This document shows positions 48,472 to 60,599 of a stretch of 64,000 nucleotides of DNA, in pieces. The notes under the pieces are model-generated. The model had not been told where the DNA came from, did no database searches, and saw only the letters and a program-made list of their open reading frames with translations. This DNA is from Heteronotia binoei (lineage: Eukaryota), in NCBI RefSeq assembly GCF_032191835.1, contig NC_083229.1, forward strand, positions 122,450,001 to 122,514,000. The letters run 5' to 3'. Each line of letters opens with the position of its first letter. Within the stretch, counting starts at the first letter, position 1. The position numbers were made by a program, and so were the translations under genes.

Positions 48472-48740
48472 AAGAAGACTGCAGATTTATACCCCGCCCT
48501 TCTCTCTGAATCAGAGACTCAGAGCGGCTTACAATCTCCTTTATCTTCATCCCCTACAGCAGACACCCTGTGAGGTGGGTGGGGCCGAGAGAGCTCTCCC
48601 AAAAGCTGCCCTTTCAAGGACAATCTCTACAAGAGCTGTGGGTAACCCAAGGCCGTTCCAGCAGCTGCAAGTGGAGGAGTGGAGAATCAAACCTGGGTCT
48701 TCCAGATAAGAGTCCACGCACTTACACCAAGATAAGAGTC
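48472..48740 (-). mobile_element. Squam3-like SINE
   Basis: Reverse-complement family match, with a small duplication in the head. Confidence 0.85.
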
Positions 48741-48867
48741 CACGCATTACACCAAACTGGTGAGTTTTAATTGTTGAAGGTTTATTGTTTTAAATTGTAA
48801 TCTGAAATTGTTGTTTTAAATAATTGGTAGCTGCCCTGAGTCTGCTTGCAGAGAGGGCAGGATAGAA

Positions 48868-48870
<3 letters not shown>

Positions 48871-48921
<51 letters not shown>
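48871..48921. repeat. (TAA)n microsatellite at the end of an L2-type tail
   Basis: About 17 perfect units following GCTGCCCTGAG...GGGCAGGATAGAAAT. Confidence 0.95.
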
Positions 48922-48922
<1 letters not shown>

Positions 48923-48934
48923 GAAGAGGAAGAT

Positions 48935-49522
48935 ATTATAGCATTGAGAAAGTGCAGAAAAGGCAACTAGAATAATTAAAGGGTTGGAACACTTTCCCTA
49001 TGAAGAAAGGTTAAAACGCTTGGGACTCTTTAGCTTGGAAAAACATTAACTGAGGGGTGACATGATAGAGGTTTCCGAGATTATAGATGGGATAGAGAAG
49101 GTAGAGAAAGAAGTACTTTTCTCCCTTTCTCACAATACAAGAACTCATGGGCATTCAATGAAATTGCTGAGCAGTCAGGTTAGAACTGATAAAAGGAAGT
49201 ACTTCTTCACCCAAAGAGTGATCCACACGTGGAATTCACTGCCACAGGCGGTGGTGGCAGCTGCAAGCATAGACAGCTTCAAGTTGGGATTGGAGAAACA
49301 TCTGGAGCAGAGGTCCATCAGTGGCTATTAGCCACAGCATATTGATGGAGCTCTCTGTCTGGGAAGTGATGCTCTGTATTCTTCGTGCTTGGGAGGGGGG
49401 CAACAGTGGGAGGGCTTCTAGTGTTCTGGCCCCATTGGTGGACCTCCTGATGGAGCCTGGTTTTTTTGTTCACTGTGCGTTGGACTGGATGGGCCATTGG
49501 TCTGATCCAACATGGCTTCTCT
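48935..49522 (+). mobile_element. CR1 LINE 3' fragment
   Basis: LRGDMIEV...RTHGHSMKL...RKYFFTQRVIHTWNSLP; runs into a gap. Confidence 0.9.
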
Positions 49523-49696
49523 NNNNNNNNNNNNNNNNNNNNNNNNNNNNNNNNNNNNNNNNNNNNNNNNNNNNNNNNNNNNNNNNNNNNNNNNNNNNNN
49601 NNNNNNNNNNNNNNNNNNNNNNNNNNNNNNNNNNNNNNNNNNNNNNNNNNNNNNNNNNNNNNNNNNNNNNNNNNNNNNNNNNNNNNNNNNNNNNNN
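49523..49696. other. Assembly gap (174 N)
   Basis: N run. Confidence 1.
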
Positions 49697-49924
49697 GGGA
49701 AGCTGTGGACAGGTCAAGTATGTTAATCATTAGAAAGATATGAGATAATACCCCAAAAACTACCCCGGCCTCAAATAAGAACTCTTCAGTACATTTCTCT
49801 TTCCATGGAAATCATATTTTTCATTGAAATCCTCTCATTTCTTCTGCCACATCAATACGACTCTCACATAGTGGAGTACTTCTCCTCCACTTTGCTTGTG
49901 ATCCAGCACAGTGCCTTGACCTGG

Positions 49925-50068
49925 ATAGCCCCGGTTAGCTGGATCTCATCAGATCTTGGAAATGAAGCTTGGCCTGCCCTGGTAAGTATCTGAACAGATA
50001 AAAAGGCAGAGGAAGGCGATGTCAAAGCCCCTCTGAACGTTTCTTGCCTTGACAAACCTATGGGGTAC
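49925..50068 (+). mobile_element. Degenerate 5S rRNA-derived SINE with RTE-type tail
   Basis: GATCTCATCAGATCTTGGAA...CCTGGTAAGTA resembles the 5S internal promoter; tail GAAGGCGATGTCAAAGCCCCTCTGAACG. Confidence 0.65.
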
Positions 50069-50350
50069 AGTTTTGGTCACTGCACATGGAAAGAAGATAT
50101 TATAGCATTGGGGAAAGGGGCAGAAAAGGGCAACTAAAATGATTAGGGAGATGGAACACCTTCCTTATAAAGAAAGGTTAAAGATGCTGGGAAGGGTCCT
50201 GGTTGTGGTAGGTCCAGAATCCTTCTTTTAGTTAGCAGCTCCTTGTATTGAATCTGAACAGACCATGTGGTTGCAAAGTTGCACAGAGGCGCTGTTTCTA
50301 GTTGAAATGAAATAATAACTGTTTTATTACAGAAATATATGTCTGATAGT

Positions 50351-50802
50351 CCGGGGTGGAATTCTAGCAGGAGCTCCTTTGCATATTAGGCCACACACCC
50401 CTGATTTAGCCAGTCCTCCAAGAGCTTTGCAAAAAAGAGCCTTGAAAGCTCTTGGAGGATTGGCTACATTAAGGGTGTGTGGCCTAATATGCACAGGAGA
50501 GCCAGTTTGGTGTAGTGGTTAAGTGTGCGGACTCTTATCTGGGAGAACCGGGTTTGATTCCCTCCTCCTCCACTTGCACCTGCTGAGATGGCCTTGGGTC
50601 AGCCATAGCTCTGGCAGAGGTTGTCCTTGAAAGGGCAGCTGCTGTGAGAGACCTCTCCAGCCCCACCCACCTCACAGAGTGTCTGTTGTGGGGGAGGAAG
50701 GTAAAGGAGATTGTGAGCCGCTCTGAGACTCTTCGGAGTGGAGGGCGGGATATAAATCCAATATCTTCTTCTTCAGGAGCTCCTGCGAGAATTCTACCCC
50801 TG
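50351..50802. mobile_element. Palindromic hAT-type MITE split by a Squam3-like SINE (+, about 50497-50773)
   Basis: TSD CTGATAGT/CTGATAGA; the SINE is flanked by a CAGGAG duplication. Confidence 0.85.
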
Positions 50803-51005
50803 CTGATAGAGCATATTAAGAGAGAGATCTCAAGCTATCTGTCTAAAGATGAGGATGGATGCAGAGAGGAACATCCTGCAGCCCCATCTTTTATGCCTGG
50901 AAGATGGAAGAGAAAGAAGAGAGAGGGGAAGGAAGTTGCTTTTCCCTGGAAGTGTTCATCTGCATCTCAAAGGGAGACTGTGACAATAGAGAGTAAACAG
51001 GAAGG

Positions 51006-51195
51006 CAGGGCTTTTTTTGTAGCAGGAACTCCTTTGCATATTAAGCCACACACCCCTGATGTAGCCAATCCTCCTGGAGCTTACAGGGCTTTTGATACAG
51101 GGCCTACCGTAAGCTCCAGGAGGATTGGCTACATCAGGGGGCCGGGGCCTAATATGCAAAGGAGTTCTTGCTAAAAAAAAAAAAAAAAAGCTCTG
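51006..51195. mobile_element. 190-bp palindromic hAT-type MITE
   Basis: Perfect TSD CAGGAAGG (50998-51005 and 51196-51203); near-complete fold-back. Confidence 0.9.
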
Positions 51196-51294
51196 CAGGA
51201 AGGCCTTGTGTGTGTCTGCCAGCCCTTCTTACTCTGGGGTCACTTGCTTCTGGAGATCCGAGAAACATGGGCATCACACCAGGAACTTCCAACA

Positions 51295-51550
51295 AAAGAG
51301 GTTAGGGCTCCTTGACTTGGACCAGCGATGACTGAGGGGTGCTGTGATAGAGGTTTATAAAATTATGTATGGGATAGAGAAGGTAGAGTAAGAAGTACTT
51401 GTCTGCCTTCCTTGCAATACGTAAGGACTTGTGGGCACCCCATGAAATCAGTGAGCAGTAAGCATAGAACAGAGAAAAGGTGCTCCTTCTTCACCCAAAG
51501 AGTAACTAACGCATGGGATTCACTGCTGCAAGAAGCGGTAGTGGCTACAA
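51295..51550 (+). mobile_element. CR1 LINE fragment
   Basis: Colinear with 49010-49260. Confidence 0.75.
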
Positions 51551-51760
51551 ACTCTTAGCAGCCTTAATGTAGTTGAAGCGTTTTCCAGCTACTTCTGTCG
51601 GGTCAAATGTGGGGGGTTGAATTAGTGTCAACCAAAAGCGCAATTTTAACAAGCCTGGTTCAAGGGGAAAAAAATATATGAAGAGTTATATCTGGCCATG
51701 AATGCATGACTAATGCTTTCCACTTTTAACTCCACCTCTATTTTGACCGTGACATATATG

Positions 51761-52886
51761 CAGGGCTTTTTTTGAGCACGAACGCACAGGAAGAAGAAGC
51801 AGATATTGGATTTATATCCCGCCCTCCACTCCGAAGAGTCTCAGAGCGGCTCACAATCTCCTTTCCCTTCCTCCCCCACAACAGACACCCTGTGAGGTAG
51901 ATGAAGATATTGGATTTATATCCAGCCCTCCACTCCGAAGAGTCTCAGAGAGGCTCACAATCTCCTTTACCTTCCTCCCCCACAACAGACACCCTGTGAG
52001 GTAGATGAAGATATTGGATTTATATCCTGCCCTCAACTCTGAAGAGTCTCAGAGCGGCTCACAATCTCCTTTACCTTCCTCCCCCACAACAGACACCCTG
52101 TGAGGTAGATGAAGATATTGGATTTATATCCTGCCCTCAACTCTGAAGAGTCTCAGAGCGGCTCACAATCTCCTTTCCCTTCCTCCCCCACAACAGACAC
52201 CCTGTGAGGTAGATGAAGATATTGGATTTATATCCAGCCCTTCACTCCAAAGAGTCTCAGAGAGGCTCACAATCTCCTTTACCTTCCTCCCCCACAACAG
52301 ACACCCTGTGAGGTAGATGAAGATATTGGATTTATATCCTGCCCTCAACTCTGAAGAGTCTCAGAGCGGCTCACAATCTCCTTTCCCTTCCTCCCCCACA
52401 ACAGACACCCTGTGAGGTAGATGAAGATATTGGATTTATATCCAGCCCTTCACTCCGAAGAGTCTCAGAGAGGCTCACAATCTCCTTTCCCTTCCTCCCC
52501 CACAACAGACACCCTGTGAGGTAGATGAAGATATTGGATTTATATCCCACCCTCCACTCTGAAGAGTCTCAGAGCGGCTCACTATCTCCTTTACCTTCCT
52601 CCCCCACAACAGACATCCTGTGAGGCGGGTGGGGCTGAGAGGGATCTCACAGCAGCTGCCCTTTCAAGGACAACCTCTGCCAGACCTATGGCTGACCCAA
52701 GGCCATGCTAGCAGCTGCAAGTGGAGGAGTTGGGAATCAAACCCAGTTCTCCCAGATAAGAGTCCGCGCACTTAACCACTACACCAAACTGGCTCTCCAG
52801 CTGGCTTGGCATCAGGGGTGTGGCCTAATATGCAAATGAGTTCCTGCTGGGCTTTTTCTACTCTCCCCCCCCAAAAAAAAGTCCTG
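51761..52886. mobile_element. hAT-type MITE hosting the SINE-tail array
   Basis: Ends CAGGGCTTTTT...AAAAAGTCCTG and TSD CATATATG/CATGTATG. Confidence 0.8.
51790..52797 (-). repeat. Squam3-like SINE with eight tandem 104-bp tail units
   Basis: GAAGAT register at 51903, 52007, 52111, 52215, 52319, 52423 and 52527 plus a terminal unit; intact SINE body at 52620-52797. Confidence 0.95.
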
Positions 52887-54989
52887 CATGTATGTAACTG
52901 CCGTGCCCTGGAGATCAAGCAGGTTTCTCAGACAGCATGCATTCCTCCTTTTTCATGAAGGACATATGTTATCTGTAGTACCAGAGCTTGCCATGTTCTG
53001 TTTTTACCACACTTGCCCAAGAGGGGTTTTCTTTCTCCTCCTGGGAAAATGTTTTGAATCCTGGTTCCTGCTGCTAATCCACCAGATTTTGCTTACATAG
53101 TAACGGTTAAGGTAACAGTGTAAGGGTCAGTCCATCCAAGAAGTACCCTGGCTGTATCACATCTCAATAAAGGACCTTATTTGATTCACATTGTAGAGGT
53201 GTTCTTGCTGAGAACCGTTCAGGACTTGACAAGTGCTCTCCTAAACAAAGTTGCATCCTTCTAAACCATTACTAGACTTAAAAACGTATAACTTTGCTTA
53301 GGGCGGCGCTGTTAAAGAGCTAAATTAAAATAAAATATCAGTATAGAAAAAGACGAAGCGATAAAAGCTTAGTTAACCGGCACCTCATTAACTTGAAATC
53401 TCGGATAACTTGTGCGGGATCTGCCTAACTTGTTTGCATACAATGGAACAAAAGCTTTGCTAACTGACATATTTGACTAATTGGCAGCTTTAATTCCCGG
53501 TGGCTGCCAGTTTATAAGGCTTTTTATTATAAGAGGGAAGGAAGAAAAAAAGAAGGAAAGATCCTTTCCACAAAAGGGGGTGGCGAAAGAAGAAAACAGT
53601 TAACGCCCCCCCCCCCAAATAATCACTGGAGAGCAGTTCCTTTTCTCCCTCCCTTCCTGCTTCCCCCCCCCCTAAAGAAACCAATTAGGAATGTCTCTTG
53701 ACAAACCGAGTCTAACCTCCCTATCACACAGTCTATTTTGATAAGGCTTCTCTAAAGGAAATTTCAGTCTCAGAACTCCACTGGAATTCTTTAAATGTGT
53801 CAGCAAAATAAGAGAAACCGCTGAGACAATTTTACTTTGTTGGAGCTCTTTTTTTTCTTTGAAGTCAAAGTTCCATCTAAGAAATGACTAAGGAAATTAT
53901 ATAATTTCACTGAGAAGGAGAGTGTAAAATGTTTTTGTGCATCTGAAGGTGGAGAGCGTTGCCACCCACAGGCATTACAATCTATAGGCAATTTGCAATT
54001 GGCTTCAGTAGGATAGTCTAAGCTTCACAGGTGGAAGGTCCTAGGTCAATTCCCGGCACTACGAGTTAAAGAGCTCACATATCAGGCTGTTGAGATAAAT
54101 TTCCACCTGTGATTCAGAGAGCTATTGCCAGTCACAATACATAGTGCTGGGCTAGAAGGGCAGCTGGTCTACATTCAATGTATTTTTAGGTTTTTATGTA
54201 TTTTATTGTATAATTTTAATCATATTTAAACCGATCTCTGTTAGCTTTTACTGTTGTAAGCCGCCCTGAGCCCTCCTCGGTGGGGTAGGGCAGGATATAA
54301 ATCGAATAAAATAAATAATTAATAAATAAATGAAAGGAAAATTTATATAATATAGACAGTGTTTCAAGGATGCGTGGAGGCTCCCGGAAGCAGAAGAACT
54401 TTAGCTGAAGCCTTGCTTCTTCCGTCCCTTGCAAAAGGGATGTTATTTAAGTATTTGGAACCTTATTCAAGTATTATTATTCAAGTATTTAGGTCAGCTG
54501 TAGCTCTCACAAGAGTTGTCCTTCAAAGGGCAGCTTCTGGTAGATCACTTTCCCCATCCTCTGGGTGATTTATATGGAAACACAATAAATATAAAACATG
54601 ACAGGAAGTAAGGTAATATAAAACACCTAAACACAAACCCTGGTCAACATTTCCTAGCCAATCAAATGCTGTGTCCACAACAGAGCTCAGAGGCCAATGG
54701 GTTGGATCCATCAATCCATCCCTGATGAAATTAGGCATCTTTCTTACATTCTCCCCAGTTCTTAAGAAATCCCTTCTGACCCTAGGAAAGTTGATTCCCA
54801 CAGCAAGTTGAGGCAAAGACAGCATTCCATGAGAGTATAGATCTGGGACACCCAGGTTCAAATCCCCACTTTGCCATGAAAGTTTGCTGGGGGACTGTAT
54901 TGGTCACTCTCAGATTCACCTACCACACAGGGTCCTCCTCACTGGGGAGAAATGTGCAGTCTAAACAGAGCTTTTTGGTGACCATACTG

Positions 54990-55230
54990 AGAGCCAGTTG
55001 GGTGTGGTGGTTAAGTGTGCGGACTCTTATCTGGGAGAACTGGGTTTGATTCCCCACTCCTCCACTTGCAGCTGCTGGAATGGCCTCTTGTAGGAGCTGT
55101 CCCTGAAAGGGCAGCTTCTGGGAGAGCTGTCTCAGCCCCACCTACCTCACAGGGTGTCTGTTGTGAGGGAAGAAGATAAAGGAAATTGTAAGCTGCTCTG
55201 AGACTCAGAGAGAAGGGTGGGGTATAAATT
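54990..55230 (+). mobile_element. Squam3-like SINE
   Basis: Family match. Confidence 0.85.
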
Positions 55231-56539
55231 GGGGGAGGGAGTGTCTCCTAAGTCCTGGATGGGGGAAGGAATTGGCGAAAATCAGCACAACCAGATATAA
55301 GGGTACTGGTATTTTATAGCAACAAAATTTCACAAAGTACTGAGCGTTAATTTTTTTATTAAACTAAACCCATATCAACAAAGCCCAAACGGTCTTGATA
55401 TACAGGTAGTCAATCGGAGTGCAAGCGTACAAAAACGTTGAACACCTTGGGGTTACTTTAGCCAAGAAAATTTTACTGGCCGCTTTCTCTCTTGAATATC
55501 ATAAACGATTTCTGCAGTGTCTCCTTTCAGTAACAATGAAGTTTAATGGACTGGTACAAAAGCCTCGCTGTTAACCAAGAAGCTACAATATGGAGTCTGG
55601 AGAGCAACTGTCTCATGCTGTGAAATCTACTGCGGAGATTTTTTTTTTTTTTTCCTGAGGAGGCTGGGTCTGTATGTTTATAAAACCATAAAATTGGATT
55701 GATTGGGAGGTATATGTAATAAATGAGGATGACAATGATGCTGGAAAAATTGTCCACAGTTGACTGATAAATAATTAGAGAGAGTTTCAGAGCAGGGTAC
55801 GACTGACCCTCATCATGCATTTTAATTATGATCTTTAATTGCCTTTTTGAATCCTATAAAAATCAGTGATCTAAGGCTCTGTACAGCGTTGTCTTAGCTA
55901 CATCAATCGAGGCAGCATTTCTTACCTGTAAAAGTATAGAGGTCACACTGTCATTTAGGAGAGAGGCCCAGAAGATAGTTGACTCTTCTTATTATATAGC
56001 GGTAACGGCAAAGTCTCTGATGTGTTGTTCTAGAAAAGAGCTGATTCGGATGACAGAATTCCTGGGAATTACTTTGCCTCCTTCACAGTACAGAGTGAAG
56101 AGAAAGTACAAAGCTTTGTTTGAAGAAAATGTATGTACAGTCTTTCCCCTCTACCATTTAGATCTTGTGCCACAAATCTTAGCAGCGTTTTTTTTTTTTT
56201 TTTAAAGCAATTAAAGAAGACTCTAGTCGCTTTCTAGGCCCTGTCAAAGCCACCATTCAAACAGATCCTGGAATCACTTCCTGCTCTAAGAGAGCTTTAT
56301 TTTTGCACATGCTCAAGGGAATCAGTTCTGTAGATGTTAAAGATGCGTGTTAAATTGGGACAATTCAAAAGGGTACTGTAATATCCACGATGGACTCGAT
56401 CTCACATTCGTTAGGTGAAAGAAAGGCAATCATTACCCTCCTTTATCAAGAAAGAATAAAATGAATGTGTCCATATGGGTTAGACTGCTTCTAACCAAGG
56501 GCAAGAGAAGTGATTGTTCAAAAAACAAATACTTGGCAA

Positions 56540-56731
56540 NNNNNNNNNNNNNNNNNNNNNNNNNNNNNNNNNNNNNNNNNNNNNNNNNNNNNNNNNNNNN
56601 NNNNNNNNNNNNNNNNNNNNNNNNNNNNNNNNNNNNNNNNNNNNNNNNNNNNNNNNNNNNNNNNNNNNNNNNNNNNNNNNNNNNNNNNNNNNNNNNNNNN
56701 NNNNNNNNNNNNNNNNNNNNNNNNNNNNNNN
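56540..56731. other. Assembly gap (192 N)
   Basis: N run. Confidence 1.
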
Positions 56732-57177
56732 CTTTCTAAGACTGGCATTAACACAGACCTCCTGACACTGGAATTCATGTTTGTTCTCTGAAGTTATCAA
56801 ATTAAATTGTAGCAATGTATGGCAGCCTGTTTATCTGCCTTACAGGAACTTAAATAACAGAAATGGTAGAAACTGCTCTGGTGAACTTCTGAGTGTATGA
56901 AGCTGCCATGGATATTCCCCAACATCTGCTCCCTGTAATCCTTTTCAAATAGGAAACGGCAGGCCTGAACCTGGGATCTCCTGCATCCAAAACATGTCTT
57001 CTGACACAGAGCCATTGGGCCTCCTCTAAAGAGACAGGAGGGGCTGCTTCTAAAGAGGAATGAGTGGACTCCCTTACATGCCCAAGCAATACGGTTGCCA
57101 GCATGCAGGTGATCAGATATTCACAAAGGGAACCACAGTGTGGATATGTCAGAAAAAACCTAATACAGTGTATAATA

Positions 57178-57353
57178 NNNNNNNNNNNNNNNNNNNNNNN
57201 NNNNNNNNNNNNNNNNNNNNNNNNNNNNNNNNNNNNNNNNNNNNNNNNNNNNNNNNNNNNNNNNNNNNNNNNNNNNNNNNNNNNNNNNNNNNNNNNNNNN
57301 NNNNNNNNNNNNNNNNNNNNNNNNNNNNNNNNNNNNNNNNNNNNNNNNNNNNN
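57178..57353. other. Assembly gap (176 N)
   Basis: N run. Confidence 1.
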
Positions 57354-57559
57354 TATTCTCCCCTTTCCAAAATAGGCTCAGAATGGGTCACATCAGAAAT
57401 AAAACAATTACATAAGTTCTAAAATAACTAGCTAAAATATAAAGCCAAACAGGTCCATTTGCTAATTAAAAAGTTCAGATGGTGACCATTTCAAAAACCT
57501 GGTCCCCGGCTGAGCAAATAAAGACAGATGAGAGTAGTCAAAATCAGTCACTACTCCAA

Positions 57560-57830
57560 ATAGGACTCATGGATAGGCCAGCATGTGGCAGGGAGGCCAT
57601 ATTGATGTTCAGCGATGTCCACTCAGCGAAAAGCTCGGAGGAACAGTCCTGTTTTGCAGGCCCTGTGGAATTGCAACAGGCTCTTCAGGGCTCAGATATC
57701 CAGTGGGAATTTTTTCCACCAGGTAGGGGTCAGGACAGAAAAAGCCCCGACTCCAGTTGAGGCTAAGGGGACATCCTTTGGATCGGGGACAACCAGAAGA
57801 CGTTGCTCAGCATACTGTAAGGCTCTCTGA
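57560..57830 (-). mobile_element. Probable L2 LINE 3' fragment
   Basis: TTCCACCAGGTAGGGGTCAGGACAGAAAAAGCCC resembles the reverse complement of the L2 ORF2 end (RAFS..AP..WN.LP). Confidence 0.6.
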
Positions 57831-57900
57831 GTAAAACTTTACTTAATGAACAAAGCAGGAGTCAAGCATCACCTTTAAGACCAAGAAAGTTTTATTCAGA

Positions 57901-57937
57901 ACGTAAGCTGTCGTATGCAGGCATACTTCTTCAGACG
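57901..57937 (-). ncRNA. Minimal hammerhead motif (probably inactive) in a Penelope-like 3' fragment (about 57848-57940)
   Basis: CGT-CTGAAGA-A-[GTATG CCTG CATAC]-GACAGCTT-ACG; stems I and II pair, but the core GAAA reads GACA. Confidence 0.7.
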
Positions 57938-58610
57938 AGGGGATAAGGTACAGTGGGCTGAAGTACATGTAGTTGGTGGGTTATGAGTGCAAACTGATAC
58001 ACAGCTAGGAGCACATGGCAAAACAGTGTAACGAATTAGAAGGCCATTTGGTCTGGATAGCCGTAAAAGGTAATCAATGTTGCCTGCCAATGGGTGTTGC
58101 TGCAAATCTAGGTAAAACAAAAGGACATGTTTTTCCTCGTTCTTGTCCACCTAATTTACTTCGTAACATCATTCTATACATATACATTCTATACAACACG
58201 GCTGCCCACTTGGATCTATTTACTTAATGAAGTTTTATAATGGCATTACAATGTTTTCTCCAATTGACCAATGTCCATGCAGTAATTTCAGATCCAAGAG
58301 TCTGTGTAAATATACAGTTCCAAGTGCCCCCAAGCCACTAGAAGATTGCAAGTATAGCAACGAAGGCTGTCTAGACTTGTGAGAGAAAACTGAAGCAACT
58401 ACATGCATCCTAGGTAAATTTGCATGTTTCGGTTGTAGTCTTCTTCATAGTCGCAGCAAAAAATCATATACTTTCATTGGAACTAACATAGGAAAAAGCA
58501 AAAAGATACGAAGTGCAATCAACCCAGCCACAGTAAAAGATACTAACAAAGGAACCAAAACTTACCTAGTGCTCAAAGAATGATTCCAACACCTTTTTTC
58601 TTGAAACACA

Positions 58611-58777
58611 CAGGGCTTGAATTCAGCGGGAGCTCACAGGAGAGCAGCTTCTGAACCTCCAGTCAGGGTATGCATGCAGTGGGGAGTTCTCTCCCCGCTG
58701 CACACAGATCCCGGGGCATATGGAAATGATATATGCTACTGAGTTCCTGCACCTTTTTTTCTACAAAATGACCCCTG
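58611..58777. mobile_element. Short hAT-type MITE
   Basis: TSD GAAACACA/GAAACACC; ends CTACAAAATGACCCCTG. Confidence 0.8.
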
Positions 58778-59860
58778 GAAACACCTATACTTGTCTTGAG
58801 TTTTTAACTGACTCTTAAGGTCTCTAAAGGCAGTCTCTGACCACACCAGACCAGGGATCTCTACACTCTTCAGAGTTAGTTCACTGTTTGACTGGGTAGG
58901 GAATTTTCTGCTCTTTAGATCTGTCTCCTTTCCTCGGCCCAGTTGGGAGTCTTAGCCTACTTCCCAAATTTCCTTGCCAACTCCCCCCCCCCCCCCCCGT
59001 TTTCCTGTCTGTGCTAAACTGTTCTCAGCTAAGGCTGAAATCAGCTGCAACTCCATCAGGGCAGCAATCTGACTGACTGTCTCCTCAGCATGCATCTCTC
59101 AAGTCTTTCTTAGCTCAGCTGATGCTAACCAATCAGACTGCTCGGAGCAGCCTGTCACTCAAGGCTCTCTGTTTCTGTGAAGAATTAACCCTTCACAGTC
59201 TTCCGCCCTGTTTGTACAGCACTTCTACACTTTTCCAAAGTGCAGTCTGTCACACTGGTCGTTAAAGAAAATGATTTTGTGCAATTGGCTGGCTGTGTCT
59301 AACTTGATGGTTTATAATGTCATGGTTTTATTGTACATTTTAGCCATATTGATATTCTGTTAGCCCCTTGAATCTTCAGAGAAAGGCAGGATGTAAATAT
59401 TTAATCAATCAGTCAATAAACAGAGAAATTACATATACTGAATAGCACCTTAAATCAACCTTTTTTATACCTTCTTTCTGACAAACTGATTTCCTATAGA
59501 AGAGAATTTCTCTAACACTTTTCTCTTCTTACACCCCAAAGCACCTGAAACTGTCTTTTTTCAAAGCATCTGCCATTTTCTGTATAAATAGATACACTAC
59601 CAATGACCTGACTGATGTTCAAGTAGACCCCAAAGTAAGCAGTAGAAATGCATTTTAAAAGCCACTGGGGAGTGCATTGGGTCTGCCATCAATGGCCAAC
59701 CATTTATGAAGCATTCTCCTTTGCGAGTACTGGAACAGAAAAGCAGCACAGTAAAAGGAGATGAAAAGAGAACACAGCATTTTTTTTTTTATCAGTTTCA
59801 TCTCATCCTATATTTTGTGCATGGGGCACTGGGGCAACAATGGGGCACTGGGGCAACAAT

Positions 59861-59946
59861 GCATTCCTTGGTGGTCCCCCTTTCAAGGACCAGCCCCGCT
59901 TAGCTTCCGAGATCTAACAAGATCCTCCTTAGCTTCTGAGATCTCA
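59861..59946 (-). mobile_element. 5S-derived SINE fragment with a duplicated head segment
   Basis: Reverse complement contains GATCTCGGAAGCTAAGC-like sequence twice. Confidence 0.75.
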
Positions 59947-60131
59947 ATCCAATATACACAGCTTTACGTGGGAAATGAAAACTCCTTGGGGCAATCACCT
60001 CATAACAGCTTGGGAATAGACACAGTATGACGTTAGAGCAGACTGAAAACAAAATTTTATCACTTTTCCCCTGCATCACTTTGAAACCCACTTTTCTACT
60101 GCCTTAATTAATTACTTATATAGCAGCTTCC

Positions 60132-60599
60132 TAGAGTTGTCAAGTCCAACTCAAGAAATATCTGGGGATTTTTGAGGTGGAGCCAGGAGGCTTTGGGGGG
60201 GCGGGGTGGAGCCAGGAGCAGGGGTGTGACAAGTGCGATTGAACGCCAAAAGGAGTTCTGGCCATCACATTGAAAGGGACTGCGCACCTTCTTCGGGGGC
60301 TCATAGAATTGAACCCCCTGGTCCAATCTTTTTGAAACCTGGACAGTGTTTTGAGGAGAGGCTCTGGACGCTGCACGGAAACTTTGGTGCCTCTACCTCA
60401 AAACACAGCCCCTCTGGGGCCCCAGATAACCACAGATCAGTTCTCCATTATACCCTGTGGGAATCAATCTCCATGGGGTATAATCGAGTGACCATCAGAC
60501 ATTTCCCACCCCCGCCCCCAGTTTCTGCTAACCCTGAAGCTGCAGGAGGGCCTCCAAACTGAAGGATCCCCTGCCCCCAACTGGGGATTGGTAACCCTA
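60132..60599. mobile_element. hAT (Blackjack-like) MITE
   Basis: TSD CAGCTTCC/CAGCTTAC; colinear with 660-1188. Confidence 0.85.

Noticed and set aside
49868-49989. Minus-strand exon with strong splice signals, or U1 snRNA 5' end (ATACTTACC)
   Set aside because: It overlaps a degenerate 5S-derived SINE, and the U1 match is only 9 nt.
43900-52620. CRISPR-like 104-bp arrays
   Set aside because: Whole units are homologous to the SINE tail and there are no variable spacers.
55915-55950. Recursive splice site TTTTACAG|GTAAGA on the minus strand
   Set aside because: A single motif with no evidence for a minus-strand host transcript; the candidate exons and TE bias point to the plus strand.
49321-57422. 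ORFs containing X runs
   Set aside because: Artefacts of translating assembly gaps.
57896-58150. Terminal exon with stop plus AATAAA (84-aa ORF)
   Set aside because: The stop and AATAAA belong to the Penelope-like hammerhead tail.
58290-58380. Ly6/three-finger-like LRCYTC motif on the minus strand
   Set aside because: A stop follows within about 20 codons and the remaining cysteine pattern is absent.
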